Shown: positions 49,107-60,223, counted from the first letter of the stretch. The stretch is DNA of 64,000 bases from an uncultured delta proteobacterium (GCA_963743305.1 CAVUPH010000021.1:1-64000), one strand, 5' to 3'. Translations and numbers: made by a program. Notes: a model not told the origin generated them from the sequence alone.

Positions 49107-50135
49107 CTAATAACCTCCTTTCCCGAATGGGCAGACGGGATAGCGGCATTCCGGACAGTTCCGGCAGAGACCGCCGTGACCCAGGGCGGCGATTTCCTTT
49201 CGGGTGGGTCGTTCGCCGGCTAAGATCAAAGGCAGTATCAGGTCAAACAAAGTTACCTGATGGTAAAAGACACAGGCCGGCAGTCCCAGTAACGGGATCT
49301 CCCCCACCCGGGCATAGAGAAACATGGCCCCGGGCAAAACCGGGGTGCCATAAAAAATGATCTTGGCCCCGGCTTGACGGATTCCCTTGCGGGTTACGTC
49401 GTCGGGGTCGATGGACATGCCGCCGGTGGTTACGATCAGATCGCAGCCCAACTCGATCAATTCCCGGATGGCCCCGGAGATTAAGGGCCGTTTATCGGGG
49501 ACGGTCACTTTTTTTATGATCGTGCAGCCGTAGTCGGTTAACTTATTTCCTACCCACTGATCAAAGCCGTTTTTTACCCGCCCGGAAAAGACTTCCGACC
49601 CGGTCACCACTACGCCCACTTTTTTAAAGGCCAAGGGTTGGATGGTGACCACCGGTCCGGCCTGGGCGCAGATTCGTTCAGCCCGCAAGATACTTTTCTC
49701 AGCGATAGTCAGCGGTATGATGCGGGTGGCGGCGGCCACTTCCCCTTCGCGGCAGACCGAATGGTTGTGGAGGGTGGAAACGATGATCTCCGGGATCAGG
49801 TTGATGCGGTTCAGGGCCGGAACTTGAATTTTCAGGAGGCCTTTCGCTTGGGCCACCAAACTGATTTTTCCTTCAGTCGGGCCCTGCAAAAGGAGGTGTT
49901 CCCCCTTCAGCGCCTCGGCCAGACGCTGGGCCGCTTCGTTCTCGTGAAGGGTCCCCGGGAGGATATCCAAAACAAAAATGGTTTCTTTCCCTAAGTCCAG
50001 CAGGGCGGGGATATCCTCTTCGCGAATGATATGGCCTTTTTTGAAAGCCACCCCCTTGAATTGGCCGGGGATGATCCGGGTCAGGTCGTGGCCCAAGACC
50101 AGACCGACCGCTTTCTTAACCTTGACTTTTTTCAT
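49107..50135 (-). CDS. Molybdopterin-binding (MoeA-like) protein
   Basis: GHDLTRI, TGGMSIDPDD, PVLPGAMF, GGLC..C..C.YP.C. Confidence 0.9.
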   Translation of the reverse strand: MKKVKVKKAVGLVLGHDLTRIIPGQFKGVAFKKGHIIREEDIPALLDLGKETIFVLDILPGTLHENEAAQRLAEALKGEHLLLQGPTEGKISLVAQAKGLLKIQVPALNRINLIPEIIVSTLHNHSVCREGEVAAATRIIPLTIAEKSILRAERICAQAGPVVTIQPLAFKKVGVVVTGSEVFSGRVKNGFDQWVGNKLTDYGCTIIKKVTVPDKRPLISGAIRELIELGCDLIVTTGGMSIDPDDVTRKGIRQAGAKIIFYGTPVLPGAMFLYARVGEIPLLGLPACVFYHQVTLFDLILPLILAGERPTRKEIAALGHGGLCRNCPECRYPVCPFGKGGY

Positions 50136-50141
50136 TTGACC

Positions 50142-50831
<690 letters not shown>

Positions 50832-50890
50832 GGAATTTCGCCGCTAAAACTTCAGGTCGTAAGGGTGATCGGCCGGGCGCCCCTAGGGAA

Positions 50891-51865
50891 TCAAAGCAAC
50901 CATTGTTTAAAGGTTTCTTTGGGCAGTTTGAGGACCTTTTGCGTCCAGGCCCGGTCTTTTTGGATCAATTGAACCGAGCCCATTCGATTTTCGGGGGCAT
51001 CGCTGTAGGCGGCGGCCATCTCCGCCGCTTTTTCCCGATCTTCCGCGGTCGAGGAGCCCACGGCCAGGACCAGCGGACCGGGAAACCCCAGGCAACGGGC
51101 CATCAGGTCCCGGGTCTCGGCCAGCCCTTCGATGGCCTCATTTTCCTTTTTGTTGCGCCCGACGATTATTTTCAGACGGGAAGGAAGGCGAAAATGCCGA
51201 CCTGTTTTCAATAATTCGATTTCCCTCAATTCCGGTTCCGGGGAATGGGCCAGGAGTTCCTTCAGTCGTCTGGAAAAAATCGGGTCGGTCAGCAGGCATC
51301 CGCCGGCCGGCGCCGGATATTCGGTCAAGCCGTAATTTTCAGCCAGGGCCATCTGCCGTTTTCGCGAACGGCCGCTGATATCCAGAAGCCGGCTCCGGTC
51401 CACCAGCCCTTCCCGCTCGGGACGAGTCTCCGGTAAAAGCAGGGCGCTTAAGGGCCGCAAGATCAGATCCAGGTACCCGGAGGTTTTTTCCACCGCCCGC
51501 AGGGAAGGCCTGGTCTGGGAAAAAGGCCGCTGCCCCAATACTTCCCCGGTGAATAAAAAGCCGGCGCCGACGGACTCCATGAGTTTCCCGGCCTCGCGAA
51601 GCATCAGAGCGTGGCAGTCGATACAGGGATTCAGCCCTTTGCCGTAGCCGTATCGGGGTTGCTGAAGCATGGTCCAATGAGGCCGGGTAATATCCAGGAC
51701 CCGTAGCGGGAGCCGCAGCCGATCGGCTGCCTGTTGGGCTTTTTCGGGACCGAAAAATGGGGTTACAAAGGCCACCCCCAAGACGTCAATGTTCTGGTCC
51801 TTGATCAAGCGGGCGGCCAACATGCTGTCCAGGCCGCCCGAGAGAAGTCCAATCGCGCGGGTCAT
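50891..51865 (-). CDS. ThiI-like tRNA sulfurtransferase family protein
   Basis: SGGLDS, NPCIDC, TGEVLGQRP, PAGGCLLT. Confidence 0.88.
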   Translation of the reverse strand: MTRAIGLLSGGLDSMLAARLIKDQNIDVLGVAFVTPFFGPEKAQQAADRLRLPLRVLDITRPHWTMLQQPRYGYGKGLNPCIDCHALMLREAGKLMESVGAGFLFTGEVLGQRPFSQTRPSLRAVEKTSGYLDLILRPLSALLLPETRPEREGLVDRSRLLDISGRSRKRQMALAENYGLTEYPAPAGGCLLTDPIFSRRLKELLAHSPEPELREIELLKTGRHFRLPSRLKIIVGRNKKENEAIEGLAETRDLMARCLGFPGPLVLAVGSSTAEDREKAAEMAAAYSDAPENRMGSVQLIQKDRAWTQKVLKLPKETFKQWLL

Positions 51866-51868
51866 GCC

Positions 51869-52267
51869 TTATTCACGGACGGAAACCAGGTTACAGCGGC
51901 AGCCGATATGCATGATCCTTTGGTTTAAGCCGTCATATTCTTCCAACGAAAAAATACGACCCTCCATCCTCTGGCATTCCGGACAGACTTTGGCATCCCC
52001 CCGGGTTTCCCACTTTAATCCGGGGAGTTTAGTGCGCCGGGCATCATAGATCACCCGACGCCAGAGAGCCCTTTTTTCGGTTTCAAAGTTTTTGGCTTCC
52101 TCGATGGACATGGCGCCCGTATAGGGCAAGTTATAATACCATCTTTGATCTTGGGCCATCAGGCCTTCCATTTCCAACAAGGCGGCTTCAATAAAGTTTT
52201 TGAAGCTCTTGCCCTCCGCCTTTCCGGATTCGGTCGTTTTTTCTTTTTTGCGGCTCCAAAAGGCCAT
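51869..52267 (-). CDS. Hypothetical protein with a MuF/SPP1-gp7-like Cys/His motif
   Basis: WETRGDAKVCPEC..EGRIF...HIGCRC. Confidence 0.7.
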   Translation of the reverse strand: MAFWSRKKEKTTESGKAEGKSFKNFIEAALLEMEGLMAQDQRWYYNLPYTGAMSIEEAKNFETEKRALWRRVIYDARRTKLPGLKWETRGDAKVCPECQRMEGRIFSLEEYDGLNQRIMHIGCRCNLVSVRE

Positions 52268-52367
52268 AACCTACCCCCTGAAAAGGTTTTAACGTAAGCG
52301 GCCGGGTTTGACAAGTTTTTTCCTGCCTCCGCGGGTTCGGCTGAGACCGGACAGTCCCCGCGGCGGA

Positions 52368-52395
52368 TTGACAATATTTTTGGAAAAGTTATACT
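52368..52395 (+). promoter_or_regulatory. Sigma70-like promoter
   Basis: TTGACA-N16-TATACT upstream of the kinase gene. Confidence 0.5.
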
Positions 52396-52502
52396 ATTTC
52401 TAATTGAAGCAAGCTTAAACCTAGAGGCTTTGGATGACTTCCAGGCCGGCCCTGCCGCTGTTCATAAAAACAAGCCGTTAGCCCAAAGTGTAGAGGAGCG
52501 AG

Positions 52503-54806
52503 ATGCTTATGGAACCCTGTCGGGAAAAATCAAGCGGTCCCGAGCCGAAAAGCGATTGGTATTATCGGCTGTTTCAAGCTGTCCCCGACAGTCTGCTGGT
52601 CACTCATCTGCGGGACGGCCGGATCAGGGATATGAACTCCCGTTTCCTGGAGACCATGGGATACTCGCGAGAGGAACTGATTGGCAGAACTCCTCTTCAG
52701 GTCGGTTTCTGGGTTTATCCGGAAGACCGGGAGTCGCTCGGGAAACTCCTGCTGGAGAATCGGGGGCTCTGCTCCGGCTTTGAGACCACCATGCGCAACA
52801 AAGCCGGGCGTGAATACCCGGTAATGCTATCGGCCCGGGTGGTGGAGATCGAAGGGGAGCCCTATATCATTTCCGAGTCCCGCGAAGACTCTGAACGACG
52901 TGAGATCAGGAAGGCCCTTCAGGAAAGTGAAAGACGGTTCCGGGAAATGGTGGAAATGCTGCCGGTGATCGTTTATGAAGCCGATTCCGCCGGCCGGTTG
53001 ACGTTCGCCAACCAGGCGGCCTTTCAGGACTTTGGGTATACGCAGGAAGAATTTGACCGGGGGCTGGCGGTGCTGGACATGGTCAGCGCCGAGGATCGAC
53101 CGCGGGCCCTGAAAAACTTTGGGCTGATATTGAACGGGGAGAAAACCAGGGATACCGAATACCGTATGCTGAAAAGGGACGGCACCGGATTTGATGCCCT
53201 GATTTCCTCCACGCCGATCCTCCGGAATGAAAAATCGGTCGGATTGCGCGGGGTGATGACCGATATCACCGACCTTCGAAAAGCCGAAGAGGAGCTGAGT
53301 CGATCCGAAGAAAAATACCGCCTGCTGGTGGAAAATGCCAATGAAGCTATTCTCGTCGTTCAGGACGGCATGATCCAATTCATCAATCCCAAAGCCGTCA
53401 AGATCATGGATTATAGGAGGCCTGACTTATCCCCCCGACCTTTCTCAAAATTCATCCATCCCGAAGACCGGGAACAGGTGATGGAACACTACCGCAAACG
53501 GCTGGGCGGGGAGCCCGCCTCGCCGGCTTATTCTTTCCGTTTGCTGGATGATCAGGGAAACGTCTTTTGGGTGGAGATCAACGCGGTTCCGATTTCCTGG
53601 GAGGGGCAGCCGGCGGGCCTGGTATTCTTGACCGACATCAATGAAAAAAAACAATTGGAGCAGCAGTTTCTTCAGGCCCAGAAAATGGAAGCCGTCGGGC
53701 GGCTGGCCGGCGGGGTGGCCCATGATTTTAACAATCTCCTGACCAGTATTTTAGGGCATTCCGATCTGATGATGATGCGTCTGCGTCCGGGTGATCCTTT
53801 GGTCGGGGATATCAAGGAGATCCTTAAGGCGGCGAATCGGGCCACGGATTTAACCCGCCAGTTGCTGGCCTTCAGCCGGAAGCAGGTCATGCAGCCCAGG
53901 ATCTTGAACCTCAACGCGATCATTGCCGACATGAAGAAGATGCTCAAGCGCTTAATTGGAGAGGATATCATTCTGGAGACCTTGCTCTCGCCAACCCTGG
54001 GGCAGGTGCTGGTGGACCCGGGACAGATCGATCAGGTGATCATGAACCTGGTGGTCAATGCCCGGGATGCCATGCCTAAAGGAGGTACGCTGACCATTGA
54101 GACCCGTAATACCCTTCTTGATGAGCTGCAGGTGCGGAGCTACATCGGGGCCAAACCTGGCGCCTATGTGCTTCTTTCGGTTAAAGACACCGGGTCGGGC
54201 ATGACCGAAGATCTCCAGTCCCATATTTTTGAACCTTTTTTTACCACCAAGGAAATGGGCAAGGGGACCGGGCTGGGGTTATCCACGGTTTACGGCATTG
54301 TCAAACAGAGCAACGGGTATATCTGGGTGGATAGTCGGGCGGGTCAAGGGACGGCTTTTAAAATCTTCCTGCCGCAGCAAGAGGGCGCGGCGGAATCCGA
54401 TCTGAAACTGGAAAGGGGCAAGGTTTCCCTCCGGGGAGAGGAGACGATTCTTCTGGCAGAGGACAATGAATTGGTCCGGGGCCTAACCCGCAGTGTTTTG
54501 GAACATTTCGGCTACCGGGTCTTGGAAACTGAAGACGGGGAGGAGGCCGGCCGAATGAGCAAAGGCTACGAGGGGCCGATTCATCTGCTGCTGACCGACG
54601 TGGTCATGCCGGGCATCGGGGGGCGAGCGCTGGCCGAACAACTCCAGATCTTCCGGCCGGGTATTAAAATACTGTTTATGTCGGGTTATTCGGAAGAGGC
54701 GATTCTGTTGCAGGGGATGCAGACCCTGGGGGGACACTTTTTACAGAAGCCTTTTACTCCGGAAGAACTCGGACAACGGGTCAGGGAGATCCTGGATTCC
54801 GTTTGA
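52503..54806 (+). CDS. Triple-PAS hybrid histidine kinase
   Basis: Three PAS repeats, AHDFNNLL, FEPFFTTK, REC (TDVVMP). Confidence 0.95.
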   Translation: MLMEPCREKSSGPEPKSDWYYRLFQAVPDSLLVTHLRDGRIRDMNSRFLETMGYSREELIGRTPLQVGFWVYPEDRESLGKLLLENRGLCSGFETTMRNKAGREYPVMLSARVVEIEGEPYIISESREDSERREIRKALQESERRFREMVEMLPVIVYEADSAGRLTFANQAAFQDFGYTQEEFDRGLAVLDMVSAEDRPRALKNFGLILNGEKTRDTEYRMLKRDGTGFDALISSTPILRNEKSVGLRGVMTDITDLRKAEEELSRSEEKYRLLVENANEAILVVQDGMIQFINPKAVKIMDYRRPDLSPRPFSKFIHPEDREQVMEHYRKRLGGEPASPAYSFRLLDDQGNVFWVEINAVPISWEGQPAGLVFLTDINEKKQLEQQFLQAQKMEAVGRLAGGVAHDFNNLLTSILGHSDLMMMRLRPGDPLVGDIKEILKAANRATDLTRQLLAFSRKQVMQPRILNLNAIIADMKKMLKRLIGEDIILETLLSPTLGQVLVDPGQIDQVIMNLVVNARDAMPKGGTLTIETRNTLLDELQVRSYIGAKPGAYVLLSVKDTGSGMTEDLQSHIFEPFFTTKEMGKGTGLGLSTVYGIVKQSNGYIWVDSRAGQGTAFKIFLPQQEGAAESDLKLERGKVSLRGEETILLAEDNELVRGLTRSVLEHFGYRVLETEDGEEAGRMSKGYEGPIHLLLTDVVMPGIGGRALAEQLQIFRPGIKILFMSGYSEEAILLQGMQTLGGHFLQKPFTPEELGQRVREILDSV

Positions 54807-55647
54807 CTAAACGAAGATGAAACAATTTGGGCCAGTTTTTGCCGGTCACCAGGAGCCGGTGCTTTTGGCTGTCGTAAGCAATTCCGTTAAGGACATCCGT
54901 GGAGGGCCGACGATCCGAAACGGGAAGTAACCCGGTCAAGTCGATCCAGCCGGTGACTTCCCCGGTATCCGGAGCGATGCGGGCTATCCGGTCGGTGAGA
55001 AAAATATTGGCGAAAATCTCCCCGTTAATAAATTCCAATTCATTTAGCCGGGCCACGGGCAGCCCCTGGTCTCGAACCACTATGCGCTTACGTTCTTTCA
55101 AGAGAACCGGATCCAAGAAATAGAGCTGTGAGCTCCCATCGCTGGCAATCAAGGATTGGCCGTCCTCGGTTAATCCCCAGCCCTCAAAGGGGTAAGGCAT
55201 TTTTTTCATGAGGCTAAGGGTGGGCAAGTCATACATGAACCCGACCCGCGATTGCCAGGTTAACTGCACCAGCGTATCCTTCCAGCGGGTCAACCCTTCA
55301 CCAAAATACTGTTCCGCCAAAGGGATGTTTTGAACGACCCGACCCGTTTCCAGATGAATTTTCCTTAAGCTGGATTTTCCATAGAGACCGGTACTTTCGT
55401 ACAGATAGCCTTCGTGAAATAGCAGTCCCTGGGTGAAGGCATCCGGATCATGGGGGAAGGCCTGAATGACTTGAAACCCATAGACCGGCGGCCGAATTCG
55501 GCTTCCCGCGCTCGGCACCTCCAAGCCCGGAAAGGCCACCAGAAGAAAGAGCAGGGTCAAAAACAGGATCCAAAAAGGCGATCGACAGCTCGACGATTTG
55601 AGACTCTGCCGTACCAAGACGGGGCGGGTTTCGTTCTTAGAGTGCAT
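54781..55647 (-). CDS. Glutamine cyclotransferase
   Basis: FTQGL, ESTGLYG, FGEG, EGWG, LNELE, VLNGIA, TGKNW. Confidence 0.93.
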   Translation of the reverse strand: MHSKNETRPVLVRQSLKSSSCRSPFWILFLTLLFLLVAFPGLEVPSAGSRIRPPVYGFQVIQAFPHDPDAFTQGLLFHEGYLYESTGLYGKSSLRKIHLETGRVVQNIPLAEQYFGEGLTRWKDTLVQLTWQSRVGFMYDLPTLSLMKKMPYPFEGWGLTEDGQSLIASDGSSQLYFLDPVLLKERKRIVVRDQGLPVARLNELEFINGEIFANIFLTDRIARIAPDTGEVTGWIDLTGLLPVSDRRPSTDVLNGIAYDSQKHRLLVTGKNWPKLFHLRLVKRNPGSP

Positions 55648-55812
55648 GGTTTCGTCTTCAACCGGTGCAGGTGGCAGGCTGGATACAAGGCTGAAAATTG
55701 GCTGGCGGGGCTATCCTGTCGCCGTTCATTGGCCCTTTTCCCCTATAAGGTGTTATCGTGTAACATAATAATATCCTGCCCTATCTGTCAGCCGTTAAGG
55801 AGATATCTTTCC

Positions 55813-56637
55813 TCACGGACTGGTGGAGATTCCGGGGGCCTGGGTGTTCTGTTTTTTCTGTAACGCCCGGGCCTCGTCAACCAGGGTCCAGCTTTTGGCC
55901 CAACTTTGCGCACAAAGGCCGGAAAACTTCTCAAGGGAAGGGCTATCAAAAAACAGGTCGGTTTTTGCAGTAGGAGCCCCATTGGCTAAATGATATTCAG
56001 CCAGGGCGGTGATGTAGTCATAGCGCCTGTCCTTCTCAATGATGATCGGCGGATAGCCGGATTTGAGGCAAGGCAGGTTGGAAACCAGCCGCGCAATCCG
56101 GCCGTTTCCATCCCAAAAGGGATGGATGCCCACAAAAGAGAGGTGAAGCCGAACAAAGGATTTCAAGCCTTCCTTTGGCTCTTTCGGGGCCTTAACCTCA
56201 CTATTCAGCAGGTCCAACCAGCGGGCCATAAGCTGGGGGACTTCCCAATAGCTTGAAAATTGAATGATTGTTGGCGTGTCGCCAAGGGTGATGGTGGTGA
56301 AGTTGTTTTCATTTTTCCAGCCGCCGATAGGCTGGTAAACGTCAAGAATCTGTTCATTGATGACCAGCCTCTGGAGGTCGAACAAGTCCTCCGCGGTGAA
56401 CGGGTCCTTTTTAACCAGGTTCAGCAACAAGTCCACGGCGCGGGCGTGGCCCTCAACGTCCCTGTGGTCTTTGAGGGGCTTGCCTTTGATGGTCAACCCC
56501 TCGCTTAAAACAAAGTCCGTTTCCCCTAAGGTCAGCGTATTGCCCTCAATGGAAGTCGAGGCGTGCGTCCACAAGACCCGGAGTCCCTTGAGCAGGTTTT
56601 TTTTAAGGTCGTCCGATAATCCGTCCAGAAACTTCAT
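55813..56637 (-). CDS. Fic family protein
   Basis: STSIEGN inhibitory motif and HPFWDGNGRIAR. Confidence 0.93.
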   Translation of the reverse strand: MKFLDGLSDDLKKNLLKGLRVLWTHASTSIEGNTLTLGETDFVLSEGLTIKGKPLKDHRDVEGHARAVDLLLNLVKKDPFTAEDLFDLQRLVINEQILDVYQPIGGWKNENNFTTITLGDTPTIIQFSSYWEVPQLMARWLDLLNSEVKAPKEPKEGLKSFVRLHLSFVGIHPFWDGNGRIARLVSNLPCLKSGYPPIIIEKDRRYDYITALAEYHLANGAPTAKTDLFFDSPSLEKFSGLCAQSWAKSWTLVDEARALQKKQNTQAPGISTSP

Positions 56638-56801
56638 ATTTTGGCCCCTGTAATGGACGCGGGTTTCACGATAATTCCCCGATATATAACACGATAACAA
56701 ACTATCCTGTTATATATCAAGGCTTAAAAAACCATTCAAGAAAAAATGGCCCCCTCGCAAAAGCGGCGGGACGTCCTTAGAAATGATATGAAAGTCTTTT
56801 G

Positions 56802-56830
56802 TTGACGCGATATATAAAAAAATATATATT
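56802..56830 (+). promoter_or_regulatory. TA promoter with overlapping palindromic operator
   Basis: TTGACG-N17-TATATT overlapping ATATATA-A6-TATATAT. Confidence 0.55.
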
Positions 56831-56836
56831 CATATA

Positions 56837-57343
56837 ATGTGGGGCGAGGATGAAATTGAACTTAAAGGGCTTGAGTGGATAGCTTCAAGCCGAAAGGACA
56901 TGCAGACTTTGCCGCGCTCTGTTCAGCGCGTTTTTGGCTATGCGTTTTACGCGGCCCAATGTGGTGAGAAACCACCGGAAGCGAAGCCGCTTAAAGGGTT
57001 TGGCGGAGCGGGCGTTCTTGAACTGGTCGAGGATCACAGGGGCGATACCTATCGCGCTGTTTATACCGTCCGGTTCGCCGCAAAGGTTTATGTATGGCAC
57101 GTATTTCAGAAGAAGGCCAGGCATGGGATTGCAACGCCGAAGCATGAATTAGATTCTTCCATCCATTGTTTTGAGAATTTGTCTCTAACAATAGATGGAA
57201 GAATCTAAATTAAAAGACGTTTTCTTTGAACCTTTTAAAGTGGTTTTTATTACAGCCAAAAATATTTCAAATATTTTTGGCTAGACTTAATCCGCGCCCG
57301 TTTGAAGCAGGCCGAGGGCCATTACCAGGAGACTTTGATATGA
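56837..57343 (+). pseudogene. RelE/Gp49-like toxin interrupted by a 132-bp insertion
   Basis: KPLKGFGGAGVLE...YRAVY...FQKK..TPKHE, then LDLIRARLKQAEGHY after the insertion. Confidence 0.85.
57150..57281. mobile_element. 132-bp non-autonomous double-hairpin element (family F copy 2 plus second hairpin)
   Basis: Flanked by repeated TAGA; removing it restores the toxin ORF. Confidence 0.8.
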
Positions 57344-57678
57344 CGATAGATCGCGAAAAAAGCAGCGGCAATGTTTTTGCCGATCTTGGGTTCCCCCATT
57401 CGGAGCAGGAGCTTGTTAAAGCCAAGCTAACGGTACAAATTTACCGGCTCCTGAAAGACCGGGGGCTAACCCAAGCCGAAGCCGCGAAACTTCTTGGATC
57501 CACGCAGGCGCAAGTATCGGCGCTTATGCGCTGCCGTCCCGTGTCGGTATCCATTGGCCGGTTGATAGAGTTTCTAACGGTACTCGGGCAGGATGTAGAA
57601 GTCACGGTTAAACCGGCCTCCCGGAGAAGCAAGGGGCAACAAGGACATATGTCCGTCACGGTTCAGCCCACTTGTTAA
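57340..57678 (+). CDS. XRE-family HTH antitoxin
   Basis: SSGNVFADLG, LTQAEAAKLLG; ATGA overlap with the restored toxin stop. Confidence 0.9.
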   Translation: MTIDREKSSGNVFADLGFPHSEQELVKAKLTVQIYRLLKDRGLTQAEAAKLLGSTQAQVSALMRCRPVSVSIGRLIEFLTVLGQDVEVTVKPASRRSKGQQGHMSVTVQPTC

Positions 57679-57690
57679 AGGGGATTAACT

Positions 57691-58005
57691 ATGGCACGGA
57701 TTATCCTTCACCCGGGAGAACACTTGGCCGACGAATTAAAGGCGCTCGGCATGAGCGCCAACGAGCTGGCAAAAGAATTGGGTGTGCCGACGAACAGGCT
57801 GACCCAGATCATACGAGGTAAACGCGGCATTACCGGCGACACGGCCCTGCGCCTTGGCCGGTGGTTCGGCACGGGGCCGGATATCTGGATTAACCTGCAA
57901 AAAAACTATGAATTGCGGATGGCTGCACTTGAGATAGGCGATGCGCTGGAAAAAATTCCGCAGCATTACGGCAAAGTGAAAACGAACGGCGAGCTACACC
58001 CCTAA
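57691..58005 (+). CDS. higA: HigA family antitoxin (orphan)
   Basis: HPGEHL, ITGDTALRL, WINLQ..YEL. Confidence 0.9.
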   Translation: MARIILHPGEHLADELKALGMSANELAKELGVPTNRLTQIIRGKRGITGDTALRLGRWFGTGPDIWINLQKNYELRMAALEIGDALEKIPQHYGKVKTNGELHP

Positions 58006-58191
58006 TCTGGCCGTCCGGCAAGTTGTCACTCTGAACCTTGATTACGTATATCACCTACTAATGTTCGCGCGCCATGGCCCAGAGATCCAAGTATTTCCGT
58101 TTGAACTGTTCGGACAAAGGCAGAGCCATTTCTGCTCCTGTCTTCGTCCCGGCGCGGTTTAATATAAGAGTTGACTGTGATGGCAAAATCC

Positions 58192-58740
58192 TCACAGGAA
58201 CTTCAGGACCAGGGGTAGATATATTTCAAAATGGCGAAGATCGGTGGACACCCCATAGGCCGTGGCTCCGCTGCCCCCTTTGAGGCTGATCCAGCCCACG
58301 TTCTCCCCCCAGGCGTAACCGGCAAAGGCCCCGGTCCCAGGGTCGATGGTCACTCCGCCGCCGGTGGGGGCAAAGTTGATCCAGCCCACGTTGGCGCCCC
58401 AGCCATAGCCGGCTAATCTGCCACTGTGATCGCGGTTGACGCCGTAGTTATCGGCAGCGCTGTTCTCATACGTATGGGGGCTGCCGCCGGTGTGGGTCCC
58501 CAGTCGAATCCAGCCGACATTCTCGGCCCAGGCATATCCTTCCAGGTGATCTTCGTACACGGCGACATCTCCGCCGGCGGAGGGGTTGAAGTTGATCCAG
58601 CCCGCATTCGTACTCCAGGCATATTTGGCCGCAGAGTCAATCCCGGCGGCTGAACTTATCTGGCACATACTCAGCAGGACCAGGAAAACGGCCGCGAACA
58701 ATGCTCCGCGTCCTCTCGGTTTCGGTCTTGTGTAGATCAT
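58192..58740 (-). CDS. Secreted protein with GYAWxxNVGWI repeats
   Basis: Signal peptide, four repeats, C-terminus IYLPLVLKFL. Confidence 0.8.
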   Translation of the reverse strand: MIYTRPKPRGRGALFAAVFLVLLSMCQISSAAGIDSAAKYAWSTNAGWINFNPSAGGDVAVYEDHLEGYAWAENVGWIRLGTHTGGSPHTYENSAADNYGVNRDHSGRLAGYGWGANVGWINFAPTGGGVTIDPGTGAFAGYAWGENVGWISLKGGSGATAYGVSTDLRHFEIYLPLVLKFL

Positions 58741-58894
58741 GTAAAAACCTCCCTTCGCAGTACTGATCAGCCAACTTCTGTGAGAACACCAGGACTTAAC
58801 CTCAAAAAATGCCCGCCCCGCGAGCGGGGGCATAGCCCCATGCACCTCCAGTCAAGGATCAAATAAACCAAAGAATCAAAAAAACCAATCATCT

Positions 58895-59877
58895 TCATTG
58901 CCCGCCACGGACGGGCCACACGTAGTACAGTGACGTATTCTTACCGCCGTCTGGCACTGGCGCCGTGAGACTAGGTACACGATCCACGCTGAGGTCCGTA
59001 TTGCCCGCGTACGTAGTGCTCGACCAGTAGTAATCCGACTGGACGCCGTGAACGGCATCTCCTGCAGTCGTCCACTTTGCTGGTCCCGGCGGCATTCGAT
59101 AATGAAGGGAAACGATAGGCAAAATCGATCAGGCTCTGAAGTTCCTTGACATTGGGCAGGCGCCAGTCGCCCGCCGTAGAACCATCGATGAGACCGCAGT
59201 TTCCGCTTGCCAGATTATTCGCCGTCAGCTCAAGGCCATCCGCCCAGTTCTTGATTCCAAAGCAGTTGGCGTTTCTTAGCCAGATCAGCCCGGTCAGGTT
59301 GTCGGTCACCGTGCCGTCATGCTGGACCGGTTATCCGTAAACCGAGGGTTCGGCCAGACCACCCCTTTTTGAAGGGCGCCATCATCTCCTGGTGAAGATG
59401 ACGTAGTCTGCCCGGTCTTGGGAACCCCAGCCAGCGGGTACGTACCCACCACCCCGAAAATGTTTACACCCTGCTTGATATTTTCCGGCGCCAGATCCGT
59501 GTCCACGGCGCGGCATTGTACCGGTCTTCAATCCCCATTGTCCGCTGGTGAGTCCCCAGTAGGTCTTTCCTGCGAGTACTTGGCCCGGCCCGGCCCCGTT
59601 GGCGTCATCCAGGGCCGGCAACTTCCCCATGATTTCATCCAGGGTGTGGCCTGTGCTCACCGGCCCACTGCTAGGCTCGGTGAATGACGCCATCTTGCTC
59701 CCCGCCGTCGCCGGCGTTCAGCCGGTCATAAATCTGCTCCAGGGTGTACATCTGCGAACCGGCCGCAGTCGGCCCCCCGCTCGGCTCCAGGTCCCCCGCC
59801 AACACCACGACTGCCGAAAACAGCACCCCCATGACAACTCCCACTACGATTCCTGTCCACCTGTTCTGATTACGCAT
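58895..59877 (-). pseudogene. DUF1566 (Lcl-like) domain protein, multiply frameshifted
   Basis: KTGQT..GDDG, PRFTDN, TDNLTGLIW, DWRLPNVKELQSL, YWSST, VWPVRGG spread over several frames. Confidence 0.85.
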
Positions 59878-60223
59878 GGTGTACCTCCTTATGTGCTATT
59901 TTATATTTAGAGTTTCGTATTCCCTTAGCCTTTCCCAACTCTTCCAAAAATCCCTCCTAACCTCTTCGCCCCGGCGTATCTACTGCCAGAGATACCGCCC
60001 CCGGGAGGGGGTATCCCTCCAAACCAGCCCATGGAAGACATGTTACTTGGTTATTTTGGCCTTGGATTGAACTGAATTATACACCGTTTTGTGAATAGGA
60101 AATAGGGGGAATTCGACCCTGTGAGGCAATAGTTCGGCGGGGGGGGGGAAGCAACGATTTTCGTTTGAACTCTTCCAGAATGAATAAACAATCAAAAACA
60201 ACAGGAAGCACTTATTGCCTCTC

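Noticed and set aside
54781-54806. Convergent 26-bp gene overlap
   Set aside because: Common arrangement with no sign of special function
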